DNA of 64,000 bases from Eledone cirrhosa (GCA_964016885.1 OZ024753.1:46624001-46688000), one strand, 5' to 3'; shown: positions 42,194 to 56,088, numbered from the stretch's first letter. Notes: generated by a model from the letters alone, not told the origin. Made by a program: numbers and translations.

Positions 42194-42777
42194 TTATCTG
42201 CTGTGAGTAGGTGAGGTGGTAAGTTTAGAAGAAGTAGGCAATGGAGGGGGAGAAAGGAAAGTATTGTAGTAGGAGTATTGAAGGTGAAGGAGGGTAATAG
42301 AAGGAGGGGAGACAAAGGAGATGAAGTGTGCTAGGAGGTGTAGGAGGAGGTTCTGTCTAGCTACATGCATGAATGATTCTGGTCTTAGGTGGATGGATGG
42401 CTGGGTGGATTGGTTGGTTGGGGAGGAGAAGGTTGTTGTAGAAAGGCATGAGTGTAATAAAGGGTGGGATATCTGAAAGGAGAGTGATGGTTGTTGTTGT
42501 GGTGGTGGTGGGGTGGGGGGTAGGGAGTTATATTGAAGAAAGTGATGAAAGTGAAGGTTGAATGTTGGTAATCTTTGTAGTAGTAATAGTAGTAGTGGTG
42601 GTAATAATAGTAGTAGTAGCAGCAGCAGCAGTAGTAGTAGATAGGGTGGGGTGAGTGTGATTTAGAAAACCATGTCAGCATTTAACAATATAAAGGAAGC
42701 TTATATATAATATATATATATGCACATATATGTATATATACTCTATATATTATATATATATATTATATGTTATATAT

Positions 42778-42872
42778 GTAACTTTGCCTTTCATCCTTAC
42801 GGGGTCGATAAAATAAAGTACCAGTAATGTACTGGATAATTGCTGGCCTTGTGCCAAAAGTAGAAGCAATTA
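42778..42872 (+). mobile_element. Truncated SINE family B
   Basis: taactttgcctttcatccttacggggtcgataaaataaagtaccag...gtagaagcaatt, flanked by duplicated tatatgttatatatgta. Confidence 0.85.
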
Positions 42873-43094
42873 TATGTTATATATGTATATTATATTATAT
42901 ATATATATATGGTTTTATAAAGATAGTTTCCATTTATTAATACTTTTGATATATATATATATATATATGTTATTTATATGTGTGTGGCAAGTCTTGTAGC
43001 ATCTTGTGTCACTCTCTTCTCTGTGTGGTTCTTTGTGCAAATCTATGAATGTGTCTCTCAGATGCTTGTATTCCTGAAGAAGTGTGTGTGTCTA

Positions 43095-43316
43095 GTGCCT
43101 ACATATGTGTGTATGTAGTCCCTATATGTGTGTATGTATGTAGTCCCTATATGTGTGTGTATGTAGTCCCTATATGTGTGTGTATGTAGTCCCTATATGT
43201 GTATGTATATAGTCCCTATATGTGTGTGTGTATATATAGTCCCTATATGTGTGTGTCTGTGTATATAGTCCCTATATGTGTGTGTGTGTGTGTATATAGT
43301 CCCTATATGTGTGTGT
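43095..43316. repeat. Variable 20-32-bp minisatellite (agtccctatatgtgtg...)
   Basis: About 9 units. Confidence 0.9.
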
Positions 43317-44009
43317 ACCTTTTGTTAAGTTGTGACTATTTAATATATTTCTACCTCCTCTACTCCCACCCTCACCTTCTATGGGCATATACCCACCCCA
43401 CACACACACACATCAACTTCTTATAACCCCCTTTCTCTTTCTTTCTCTCTCCCCCAACACCAATTGTAGCCACCTATACCACCATCACCTTTACAGCAGC
43501 TTCAACACCATCAGCATCACCATCAACATCATCATATTCATTGTCACTATCTCCAATATGGTGGAACCTTGCTGGAGTGCATAATACATTAAGTCAAAGA
43601 ATATTTAACTTCAAAGAAGGCACCAATCTCCCACCCCCTCCATCACCTACAATTATGTATTTATGTAAGCCAGATGCAGGTCTCCAATCTATCTTAAGGT
43701 CCATAGCTCCATTTGAGTACTGGCTTAGTCTGTGAAGACATGTCCAATCCTTGTAGCAAGGAAGATGGATGTTAGATGATGATATATATATATAGAGAGA
43801 GAATAGGGAAAATATGTAGATTTTAAAGAGTCTTTTATTAACAAAGCTGTCATACATATTTTAATGACGAGCATGACTACATGATTGTTCAATCGTGTAA
43901 CCAGTCATGTGATCTTATCAGACAGCATCTCATGTAGGTTACGTTTCCGAAGCAATCTAAAGACAAGGGAATGGATAGAAATGATGTTTTCATAGCCGAA
44001 GTCCATTCC

Positions 44010-44059
<50 letters not shown>

Positions 44060-44143
44060 AGTTCAGAAATAGCTGTTGAAATGGACAGAGCTCAGCTGTC
44101 GGGGTCCTGACTCTTTTCCTATATATAAATATATATATATATA

Positions 44144-44370
44144 TTGTAGATGTAGGATGCTCAAGTGTAGAAAATAACTTTAGTTACAATCAGTTGCTGT
44201 AAAATAACTTATAAAAGTTGGATAAATACCTTAGAGATGGAAAAAGATGTTGTCAGCAGTTGCTACTTGTTTTTCTCCTCTAACAGTCTTAACCTAAATT
44301 TTATAAGTTATTTCATAGCAACTGACTGTAATTGCAGTTATTTTCTGTCTTAGACTATCCTACATCTATA
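44144..44370. repeat. Diverged fold-back element with ~70-bp imperfect arms
   Basis: tgtagatgtaggat...agaaaataact...ttacaatcagttgctgtaaaataacttataaaa pairs with ttttataagttatttcatagcaactgactgtaa...agttattttct...atcctacatctata. Confidence 0.75.
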
Positions 44371-44713
44371 AATTTATTTCCTCAGTGTTTCATAAGTTTG
44401 AAAGTTCAAGTTTCACGATGTTTGCATATATATTGTAATTGGTAAAACCCCAATGGAGGGCCAACTCCATTTTAAATGGTTTAAAGTGGGGAAGGGCTTC
44501 TGTTAAAATTTTGCCAATTATTATACCAATCTCTACACCTAAACATGCATTGAACACTACTTTGATCATCCTGTTCTTCATACCATAAACACTATATATA
44601 TATATATATATATATGTAGGAGGTGAGTTTTATTGTAGTAGAATAAAGCAATGCAGATATCGGATAAGTAGCACTCTACAGTTTGTAGGACTGGAGTATA
44701 AATAATATATAAG

Positions 44714-45010
44714 ATCAAAAGATGGTTAAAAGAGTTCCATGTATTTTATTATGCGCATTTCAAAAACAAATATCATCATGCAATAACATTTGCGTTTTCG
44801 TCAGATAAAATAGGGAGACATGATATGAAGGTTAAAAAACACTTGTGAATAGTGCAGCTTTAAATCAACTGCACTATTCACAAGTGTTTTTTAACCTTCA
44901 TATCATGTCTCCCTATTTTATCTGACGAAAACGCAAATGTTATTGCATGATGATATTTGTTTTTGAAATGCGCATAATAAAATACATGGAACTCTTTTAA
45001 CCATCTTTTG

Positions 45011-45012
<2 letters not shown>
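44714..45012. mobile_element. Perfect 144-bp inverted repeat with an 11-nt spacer, in a (TA)n-flanked element
   Basis: Arms 44714-44857 and 44869-45012 are exact reverse complements; spacer ctttaaatcaa. Confidence 0.92.
44914..44984 (+). ncRNA. Type I hammerhead ribozyme motif (mirror copy on the minus strand at 44742-44812)
   Basis: Stem I TATTTTAT/ATAAAATA (8 bp), CTGACGA at 44922, stem II caaatgttat/atgatatttg, GAAA at 44965, palindromic stem III ATGCGCAT, AUA triplet at 44974-44976. Confidence 0.75.
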
Positions 45013-45058
<46 letters not shown>

Positions 45059-45116
45059 AGGTGGTGCTATTAAGTTAGACATGGACTGTGCCAATACTGG
45101 CCGAAACCTATTAAAG

Positions 45117-45147
<31 letters not shown>

Positions 45148-45150
<3 letters not shown>

Positions 45151-45530
45151 GATGTACAGGATTTGTAAAGGCTGGAAAGAAACGAAGTGAACATGCTTTG
45201 ATGGATGTGCAATGTTAATGTGTGAACACTGAAGCATGGATGAACTGAGAGAAAAAACTGGGAATAAGAAGAATCAGATGTAATGTGTAGGAGAGAAGAC
45301 TGTGCTGGTATGAACATGTGATGCATAATTTAGATAAGGATTGGGTGAAAAATATCAAGAAATCCCAGGGGAATGAAATGGCAGAAAAGGATGACCAAGG
45401 CAGAGGTGGCGAGAGCTGACCTGAAATTGCTAAAGCTCACATAGTAGATGACAAAGGAACACAATGAATCAAGGGAGGGATGCTGTGCTGTGGAAAAGAC
45501 CTATCCAACCTCTACAATGATGATGATGAT
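45148..45530 (+). mobile_element. RTE LINE 3' fragment, decayed
   Basis: RLERNEVNML*WMCN, LREKLGIRRIRCNV and RLCWYEHVM motifs; (GAT)n tail near 45518. Confidence 0.75.
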
Positions 45531-45694
45531 TTAATACTGTGCTTTCTCCATTATATCATAGTCATAAGAGGTCATTAAAGAGGCTGATATCAGTAAAATA
45601 TTACCTCATAAACAGCCCGTGATGAGTATGAAGTTTATTGTGGGATCTTGTAACTCTAACCCTTGCTTTAGCTGGGAAAATGGCCTTTAACTAA

Positions 45695-45726
<32 letters not shown>

Positions 45727-45728
45727 GA

Positions 45729-45900
45729 AAAGATTCAGCACCCCAATGGCTGAGCTCCAGCCATTTCGGATCTAGCTGTCATAACACAGCTGGAGCTCAG
45801 CCATCGGGGGTCCTGAATCTTTCCATATTACCCACTCTACTAGCCCAAGTATCGAGTACTCTAGTGGGTTATGGTCTACCTGGTTTTTACCACACCCTAT
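45729..45900. mobile_element. Diverged relative of the 27377 fold-back element (33/34-bp imperfect arms plus tail)
   Basis: aaagattcagcaccccaatggctgagctccagc pairs with gctggagctcagccatcgggggtcctgaatcttt; tail attacccactctactagcccaagtatcgagtact. A third partial copy lies at 44065-44120. Confidence 0.8.
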
Positions 45901-45948
45901 CTGATATATATATATATCATCATCATCATATGTCCGCTTTTCCCTGCT

Positions 45949-45980
<32 letters not shown>

Positions 45981-46728
45981 TGTGTGTGTGCATTGATCAT
46001 TATCATCTTCAGCAGTAGCAGCAGCAGTAGTAGTAGTAGTAGCAGCAGCAGTAGTAGTAGTAACATTATTCCAATGATGATGAATGTCCAGCAATCCTTG
46101 CACTATATATCCAACCAGCCAATCAAAATCACTGACGACAGAAACAGCAGTAGCAGCAGCAATAATCATCATCATTATTATCACTACCCCACCATCGCCA
46201 TCATTTCTATCACCACCACCACCACCATTATCTCTATTAGCACCACCACCATCAGCATCAGTAACATAACAATTGCCATCATCATCATCATTAAGATGAG
46301 TATGAGACAGCAGCCTGAGTGATCAGACAGTGGCCTTCCTTGGAACCAACCAACCTAGCTTCCCTCTAACACCATCACCAACTAGCCCAGACCAACATCA
46401 TATATCCATCCCATCCACCCAGCCAGTCATCAAGCCATCCTGCCAATCTATCAGCCAGCCATCTATCTAACCATCCAGCCATCTAACCATCCATCTAACC
46501 ATCCATCTATCCATCCATCCATCACCTTCATCAGCCAGTCACAAGCTGAGAGAGAGAGATGGGGAAGGGTATGAGATACCCCTTTCTCTCTATGTATTAC
46601 AACCTGCCTCCCCATCATCAAGCTACTGCACTGTGAAGGCTGCTGCTTAGAATCTCCTCTCTTTCCAGATCTATCTTTCTCTCTCTATCTATCTATCTAT
46701 ATATATTTATCTATCTGTCTCTCTCTAT

Positions 46729-46920
46729 ATAGCTGACTGCTGTATATTTGTTCACTCTCTCTGCCTATCTAACTATATATATATATGTATATATATAAAG
46801 TATATATATAAATATATATATAATATGTGTCTTTCTCTCCATAGCTGACTGCTATATGTGTGTTCACACACAAGCACTCACTCTCTCTCTCTCTCTCCTG
46901 GCTTGCTGCTGCTCAGTCAT
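46729..46920 (+). promoter_or_regulatory. Candidate internal promoter: duplicated 27-bp motif, CT tract and Inr-like TCAGTC
   Basis: ATAGCTGACTGCT.TAT.T.TGTTCAC at 46729 and 46841; TCAGTC at 46913-46918. Confidence 0.4.
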
Positions 46921-47088
46921 TCTTCTTCTTCTTCTTGTACAGTAGTGTGTTGTGAGTAGTAACCCTTTGTGTTATTGGTGCTGTTGGTGTCATTCATATA
47001 TCTCTTCTTGTTGTGTAGTAGTCATCATCATCGTCGTCATCATTATCGTCGTCAACAATAGGGCTTACTGTGTGTTGTCAAAAATACC

Positions 47089-47101
47089 ATGGTAGCAGGC
47101 G
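47089..47101 (+). CDS. Coding part of a candidate alternative first exon of the CELF gene (MVAG plus one G, phase 1)
   Basis: aaaatACC-ATG-GTA-GCA-GGC-G|GTAAGT: optimal Kozak context, consensus donor, upstream in-frame TAG at 46957, and the same phase as the donor at 20484. Confidence 0.55.
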
Positions 47102-47227
47102 GTAAGTACTGAGACTGGCAGTCTTATGCTGCTCTTATACCCTTCACCATTCTCTCTATCTATCTACCTTTATATCTACCTATTAATCTATCTATATACA
47201 TGCATATATATTCATATATGTATATTT

Positions 47228-47303
<76 letters not shown>

Positions 47304-48009
47304 TCACATGAACACATACAAACACACCTATAAATACATACTCAATTATAATTGCAGTTATATATGTCTATACAGGTAAGCATATATATGTGTATACATA
47401 TATATATATATATATGGGCACATGTGTAATATATATATATATATATTTGTGTGTGTATATATATACATATGTATATGCGCATTTAAAGAGACATGTACGC
47501 AGCTATATAAATATGTATATATTCCTTTATACACATGCATTGATACATTTATATACATACGCAATTCGATGCATGCATAGCATGCACTCACACACGCATA
47601 AATTTATATTCTTATAAATACATACATAGATATCCACGGACACACACACATGCATATGGATTATACAAACTTCACATAACATACATACAAAGAAAACTAC
47701 ACACACACACTATATATATATGTGTGTATATTTATATATATATATATATGTATTTATGTATATATATGTGTATGTATATTTAAATATATATATATATATG
47801 TTTATTAAAAAGTGGCTCTTAGAGAACTAGTTCTGTTTCCTTCGTTAAGAGTTCATTTAATGAATTAATGTATATTCTCTATTTGATGTATTGAGTGCCA
47901 TCCTTTGATTGTGATCCCTTTCCATTCCAAACACATCAATTTACAACAATAATTATGCACATATACTAATATATATATGTGTATATATATATATATTTGG
48001 TCTCATATA

Positions 48010-48140
<131 letters not shown>

Positions 48141-49439
48141 TTTTTCACACACACATATATATATATTTGTTAGATTGATAGATATTTAACATTAGCAGTG
48201 AAAAGAAATGTACCAAAAATGTTAAAACTAAAATGTATATATATACATATATATATACATACATTATGTATATATATATATATATATATATTGATGGGAG
48301 AGTAGGGGTTGGTGGTGGAATATTTTTGCCAGTAAAATAGATGTCTTCATATATATATATAGAGAGAGAGAGAGATGGGAAAGTAGGGGGGGGGAACATA
48401 TCTGCCTGTAAAGTAGATGTCTTCATCATATCCTAACGTTTTCCTAGTAATTCCTTTGTTCCATGGTCTATCCCCTAGTCAGAGTCTTAGAGAGAAAGCA
48501 GTAGTAGTAGTAGTACTACTACTACCACTAATAGCATCTTTCCCAACATACAGCAGCCCCTACTCTTGCTTTTTATCTTTATGTATTTTTTATTTTTCCA
48601 AACCCTTTTAAAACAGTTTCTCTTTATTCTTTTCCTCCCCACCCCAACATTGTTAGTTGTGAGGGTAGAAAGTAGGATAAGGAAGATGGCAGTTGAGCAG
48701 ATTTTATAGGGGTTTATAGGGCTTTTCTTTCTTATTTTATATCCTTTATTAATTCACCAACACCCATTTTCATTTATTTTTTAATTTATTTTTTTTTATC
48801 TTTATTTAAATTACTGCCTTTTGCCTGAGAGTGGAACATCTTACTGTGGAAATCATACATACAAATATACATATATATATACATATATATGTATATATAT
48901 ACATAAATATACATATATATGCATATATATACATATATACATACATATATATATATATGCATACATATATACATATATATATAACGGCGATGAATTAGTT
49001 TTCGAGGTTTTTGATATGAAATCGTGTGTCGAAACCCTCCCCATATATATATATATATATATACATATATATGTATACATATGTTTGTACATATGTTCAT
49101 ACACAGGCAGGAATATATACACACACATACAATACTTACACATATTTTTCCTTTATGTAGAGAGAGAGATATATAGGTATATAGAAACCCCCCCCCCCCC
49201 CCACACACCCACACAGCCCCCACACACCCACACACCCCACACACCCACACATGCATATATCAGATTGGTAGTGATTTGAAACAGGATAAATTCTGTCAAA
49301 CTAGTTTATATAAAGTAAAATATATACTCCCCTCTCTCAAGTATTGAGTACTTTATTTTACATCTAAGCCTTGTTGTTATAGTCAAAACATTACTTTTCA
49401 TCATCATTAACATTTTACATCTATTTTCCATGTTAGTAA

Positions 49440-49477
<38 letters not shown>

Positions 49478-49742
49478 TCTCTATCTTCATCACTGAAAAA
49501 TAGATGGTGCTGATGATGATGATATATATATATGTATGTATGTGTGTGTGTCTGTGTGTGAAGACAATGTTTAAGCAACATAGACCCTGAACAATACCAT
49601 AGAAATATACACTCTGTACAATAAAATGTACACCCATCATACAGTGGTAGTAAATCTAGACCTGCTTGTGATTCTGTTTGAACTCATGTATATATACATT
49701 CTTTGTCCAAAATGAATTTCAAGTACTCAGTCTTTATATTAC

Positions 49743-49782
<40 letters not shown>

Positions 49783-49804
49783 AAGTATATATATATATAT
49801 GTAA

Positions 49805-49851
<47 letters not shown>

Positions 49852-49894
49852 TATATATATATATAAGTATATATATATATAAGTATATATATAA

Positions 49895-49934
<40 letters not shown>

Positions 49935-49935
49935 T

Positions 49936-50005
<70 letters not shown>

Positions 50006-50543
50006 AGTATGTATGTATAGTGTGAATGATATATATATATATATATACACACACAAGTATATAGAGAGGGAGCTAGAGATTTAGATAGACAGATCTCTGC
50101 TTATCCTTTATCCTAGCTTTCACATTGTTTCTCTCTCTCTCTCTCACTACCCCCCCCCCCCCTCTACCCCCCCCCCCCCCCTCCGGCCCATTTCTAACCC
50201 TTCCCCTTTCTCCCATCTTTTTTAATCAGTCATGTTGTCCTTATTCTCTCTCACCTTCCCCCTCTCTCAGCTATCTCCTCTCCTCCCCTTCCTCCTCCAC
50301 AGGGCTAGCACTAGTAGTGTAGGAGTAATAGTGAGAGAAGGTATAATTAGAAGAGAGAAAGTGAAACTAAGAAATATCTTTTTTATTTCTAATAGTTCTA
50401 CTGATTTATTTGATGTGTGTATATATGTGAGTGCGTGTGTATATATATGTGAGTGTGTGTGTATATATGTGTGTGTATATATATGTGAGTGTGTATATAT
50501 ATGTGTGTGTGTGTATATATACCTATATATACATATATATATA

Positions 50544-50578
<35 letters not shown>

Positions 50579-50998
50579 GTGTATATATATATATATGTGT
50601 GTGTGCATGTGTGTATGTTTGTATAACAGACGGGGTTGGGTAGGGAGGTGAAGTTTCTTTGTTTTATATATATATATATGTATATATAATATATACAAAT
50701 ATACATGTGTCATAATGGCATAATGGCGATAGTAGTAGAGGTAGTAACAGTAGTAGTAGTAGTAGTAGTAGTAGTAGCAGTATTATCCTTTGTTTATCAG
50801 GGCTTTAAGTATGTCTTTATGGTAATGTTATGTTTGATCACTTCCTCCCCTTCCCTTCTCCTTCTCCTCCTCCCCCCACCTTATTATCTTTTTTCTTTGT
50901 TTTAATTCCCATCATGTAATACCTTCATATGTTCTCTACATTAACAGATTGATTTCTTCTTCCTTATCTACACAATTGTGTGTGTGTAGATTTATATA

Positions 50999-51056
<58 letters not shown>

Positions 51057-51170
51057 TATATATAATCTAACCCATGCTAGCGTGGAAGATGGATGTTAAA
51101 CGATGATGATGATATATGTATATATATATATGTATACATGTATGTTTAAATATATATACACATGTATATA

Positions 51171-51217
<47 letters not shown>

Positions 51218-51827
51218 GCATACAAACATACATAATTGTTTCTAGAGCTCAGAGTAAACTTAACAGAGACCAAATTTTTAGTAAGTTGGAAAGAAGACAA
51301 GACTTTGATTCCATGAAGGAAGGAGCCAACATGTAGGAAAGGAGTGTGTAGGAAGTGTATATGATGTAGACGACAATGTAATATATTGGTACACAAGAGA
51401 TGTAATGGCACTGTAAGCAGGTTAACAGAAATGGTAAACTTTTAAGTAAAAGCCAGCATGTGACTTATCTTTCCAACTGACAATATCTTATATAAAACTG
51501 AAATACTGAACCAAAACTATTGTTTGTAAAATATCAGTGTGACATCTATATTATTATACATAGTGTATAGTTTATATAGATGTATATATATACATACATA
51601 ATACATATAGATGATGATGATATATTTATACACACACTTTTCTTTAGTGATTTATACATGCACTCCTACATATATAGGTATATACACATATACTCCTACA
51701 TATTTAGATATATATATACATATATATATATGTATATATATATATACAGAACCGAAACCAAACCAAACAGTGACTGTGTTCTGTTATTATTTCTGGCAAT
51801 ATTATAACAATATGACCCTCCCTATAT

Positions 51828-51923
<96 letters not shown>

Positions 51924-52043
51924 TCATACATACTTAGGTATATATACATATAACTAATTAGATCAGATAATTAATTGTAGTGTATGATTGATTTATTTAT
52001 TAATGATCTACGATGTTAGACTAACATTCATTGCCATTGATAC

Positions 52044-52590
52044 ATATATACATATCTTAATGTCATATATACACATATCTTAATGTCATATACACATATC
52101 TTAATGTCATATATACACATATCTTAATGTCATATATACACATATCTTAATGTCATATACACATATCTTAATGTCATATATACACATATCTTAATGGCAT
52201 ATACACATATCTTAATGTCATATATACACATATCTTAATGTCATATATACACATATCTTAATGTCCTATATACACATATCTTAATGTCCTATATACACAT
52301 ATCTTAATGTCCTATATACACATATCTTAATGTCATATATACACATATCTTAATGGCATATACACATATCTTAATGTCCTATATACACATATCTTAATGT
52401 CATATATACACATATCTTAATGTCATATACACATATTTTAATGTCATATATACACATATCTTAATGGCATATACACATATCTTAATGTCATATATACACA
52501 TATCTTAATGTCATATATACACATATCTTAATGTCATATACACATATCTTAATGTCATATATACACATATCTTAATGTCATATATATACA
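52044..52590. repeat. 21/23-bp minisatellite (catatcttaatgtcatata[ta]ca), about 24 units
   Basis: Direct inspection. Confidence 0.95.
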
Positions 52591-52695
52591 AATATCTACT
52601 GGTGTCATCCATTCACATATATTGATGTCACATATAAACATATTTATTGATATCACACATATACATATCACGCATGAACATACACATGTACACAA

Positions 52696-52741
<46 letters not shown>

Positions 52742-52834
52742 CATTAATATCACAAATACACATATCTATTGTATTCATGTTTACATTGGATGATGTTAGT
52801 ATGAAAACATGATTGCTTTGTAGTGTGTATATAG

Positions 52835-52868
<34 letters not shown>

Positions 52869-52871
52869 TCA

Positions 52872-52936
<65 letters not shown>

Positions 52937-52956
52937 CACTCAGACACATATGTGTT

Positions 52957-53900
52957 GTATTCAAAAAGTAGTGAGAAAATATATGAAAACATTCCTTTAG
53001 TTAAAAGATACACATGGCTATAACAAAGTCATATAGGTATTTTAATATATCAACCATTCTGATTGACACAATTTTCCACTGGAATATAAGATCCTCAAAC
53101 AAACATTTGAAGAAATCCAGTCCCTGTTTTCTAAGGAAATAAGTGATTTCTGCCTTGAGATCCTACTTGACTGTAAAATGTTTACATTGTAAATATTTCT
53201 TCAGATGTCTTAAAGAAGTAATAGTCACTAGGATCCAAATTAAGGTTGTACAGAGGATGTTGGATCAACTCTAAGCCAACATCAAGAACTCGCTGCAATG
53301 TTTGAGCAATCTTGTCAATTGATAAGTTGTCTTGCAGAAACCAAATTGGAACATTTCTCTTATTCCTCCTCCCTTTTCTGCATTCACAATAATAATTAGA
53401 ATTTAGTGAAACACCTCAGCAAAATCAATTGACACAACACTCTTGTGATCATCCATGCACACCAATGTTCCACTTCTCAATTGTCTTGATGCAGTTTCAC
53501 CTGGAAATGTTTCATTTTCATTCAGGAAGGTAAAGACTAAGAGGAGTCTCATCAATGGTGACAATATTTTCAATAAATGTTGAACCAAACTCAGAATGTT
53601 GAAGATGCTTTCAAAAACTCGGCATTGGTTGTCAAAGATTGTCAAGACACAAATCTGGAACACAGCTTTTGAATGCCACAATGATCCAGAATGTTATGAA
53701 CTTTTCTGACACTGATGTTATGCATTTTTTTGTGGTCTTTTCTTCATTTTAAATTTATCTACCTGACTTTTCAGCATTAAAAAAAATAAAAACAAAAAAA
53801 AACAAGTCCTTCCAGCTTTAAAATATCCAACAATCCAACAAATTGTTGCAAAGGATCGGGCTTCATATTGAAGTGCCTTATTTCTTTTGATGATTTCTGA
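52957..53900 (-). mobile_element. mariner-like transposase relic
   Basis: Minus strand FIENIVTIDETPLSLYLPE (first catalytic D) near 53520-53578 and HPLYNLNLDPSDYYFF (HPPYSPDLAPSDY motif) near 53212-53259. Confidence 0.75.
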
Positions 53901-54162
53901 CTCAACAAGAGAAATCTAATCACGCTACCATATTTCATGTCATCTAACATTTTTTAAATTATACACTAAAGAAATTTTAAACTAAAGTGATGAATTAAAA
54001 CAAGAATGTCCTTTTTTACCCATAAGATCTTAAGGAGGATAAAATACGTTTTTAAATTTTGCAATTTATTTTTCATATACTTTCTCAGTGCTATAGTGTG
54101 TGTCTATATATATATGTATGTGTGTGTGTATGAGTGCATTAATGCAAAGGCATATATTATGC

Positions 54163-54193
<31 letters not shown>

Positions 54194-55482
54194 AGTATAT
54201 ATATATGAAGTGTTCATGGTTTAAAGGTATGTATATGTGTATGTAAATAGGGAACAACCAAACAAGAGGCTCCCTTTTTTGTTCTCCCTTGTATTCTGAC
54301 CAAGCATGATTCTTTCCCTCCAAAACAACTAAAAGATGTTACAACAACAATAACAGAAACAAACACAACAACAGAAGTGTCCCCTAAATCATGGGAGGGA
54401 ACAAGACCCCAAAACAATGTGTCCCCTATAAGTGTCTAAGCTACTGGTTAGTATATATAACATCTGTCCCCATTTTCTATTGTCACACTGAACAAACACC
54501 CTATTTCCACCCTAATTGAAATCTTGTTGCCTCTCATCTCATACAAAAAAATTATTTTAACTTCAAATTTAGAATCATGATATATATTTTATTTAACTCT
54601 TTGTTGTTCATATTCTGAGTAAATATTTATTTTGTAACAATTACATAGTGTAAAAGTCATTTAAGTCATGAAGAAAAACATAGAAATTGTTATATTTATT
54701 TCTGCACCACTTTTCATTTATTTTGACATGAAACAAATTAAAAGTGAAAATAACAGTTTTATGTTTTAATGACTAAAATGTGTCATCCCCAATATAATAG
54801 TTTCACCACAATTACTAAACATATGCCACTCCTCTATGTGTGTGTTGCCTATAGAAGCTTCGATCTCAATAATATGTCTCAGACTGAGTCACTTACTAAA
54901 CATATATGACTCTACAAACTCCAAAATATATTCAGCATGTGATTCAATTAATTTTGAAAATAATTTGTGTAAAATAACTAAATTTATATATTTCTTAGTT
55001 ATTACTTATATAAACTTAACATGGGCTAGTAGGTTAAATTAACTGGTCTCCAATACCCTAAGGTAGACTTAGCGAAAGAGGGGAGAGATTATTGAAGTTT
55101 TAATGAAATATATCTAATTCAACTTTTACAGTTTTTTTTCTTGATTTCTCGATTTCTGTTCTTGTGTATGTATGTGAATTACATGTGCTTGATGTATGTT
55201 TGTAAGATTTTGATGTATATGTGTGTGTATGTGTGATGTTTATGTGTGGATATAGAATTTTTCTATAAAGTCCAGTCTTTCAGTCCTTACTGTTGCTTCT
55301 ATAGAAAATTGATATAAAGTACTTTTGATGTAAAAGTAGAAAACGCATGCTACCATCTCATATATTATGTGCATATATTTATGTATATGTGTGTGCGTGT
55401 GTATGTAATATGTATGTATATCACATCTATCTCTCTCTTCCTCTCTCTCTCTATATATATATATATGTATCATCATCATATG

Positions 55483-55543
<61 letters not shown>

Positions 55544-55742
55544 AAAATAGAATTAGAAGCCTTCAGTGTATTTTGACTTTATAAAATAGTCTAATATTAG
55601 GGCATATGAAGCCCCCATATTGGAAAACATGGGTATTAGTATGCGTGGGAATGAAGCCCATGCCTTTTATTTTCACAATAATTTCTATTTTCAAAATGTT
55701 CAATTGCCACCATATTCTAATTCACACGTGTTTATATATATA

Positions 55743-55783
<41 letters not shown>

Positions 55784-55794
55784 ATGTATGTATG

Positions 55795-55840
<46 letters not shown>

Positions 55841-56088
55841 CATACATACATATATATATATGTGCATGTGTGTGTGTGGATGTATGTGTGTATTGTGATG
55901 ATGCATAAAGTCTATGTGTTTAGATATAAGATGCACACACATTTTTAAATGTATGTTTATATCATATCTATCTATATATATATGTGTGTATTTGAATGTC
56001 TAAATATATCTATGGGTGTTATGCAATCACTCATGCAAGCTTTATTTATATTATATATATGTATGTAGATATATATATGTATTTGTAG

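Noticed and set aside
44390-44581. 63-aa minus-strand ORF as a gene
   Set aside because: No recognisable domain; it lies between TA-flanked fold-backs and is at most a transposon scrap.
52044-52590. Regular short repeats as a possible CRISPR-like array (also 25913-26023, 43095-43316, 58946-59215)
   Set aside because: Head-to-tail units without unique spacers in eukaryotic DNA; these are minisatellites.
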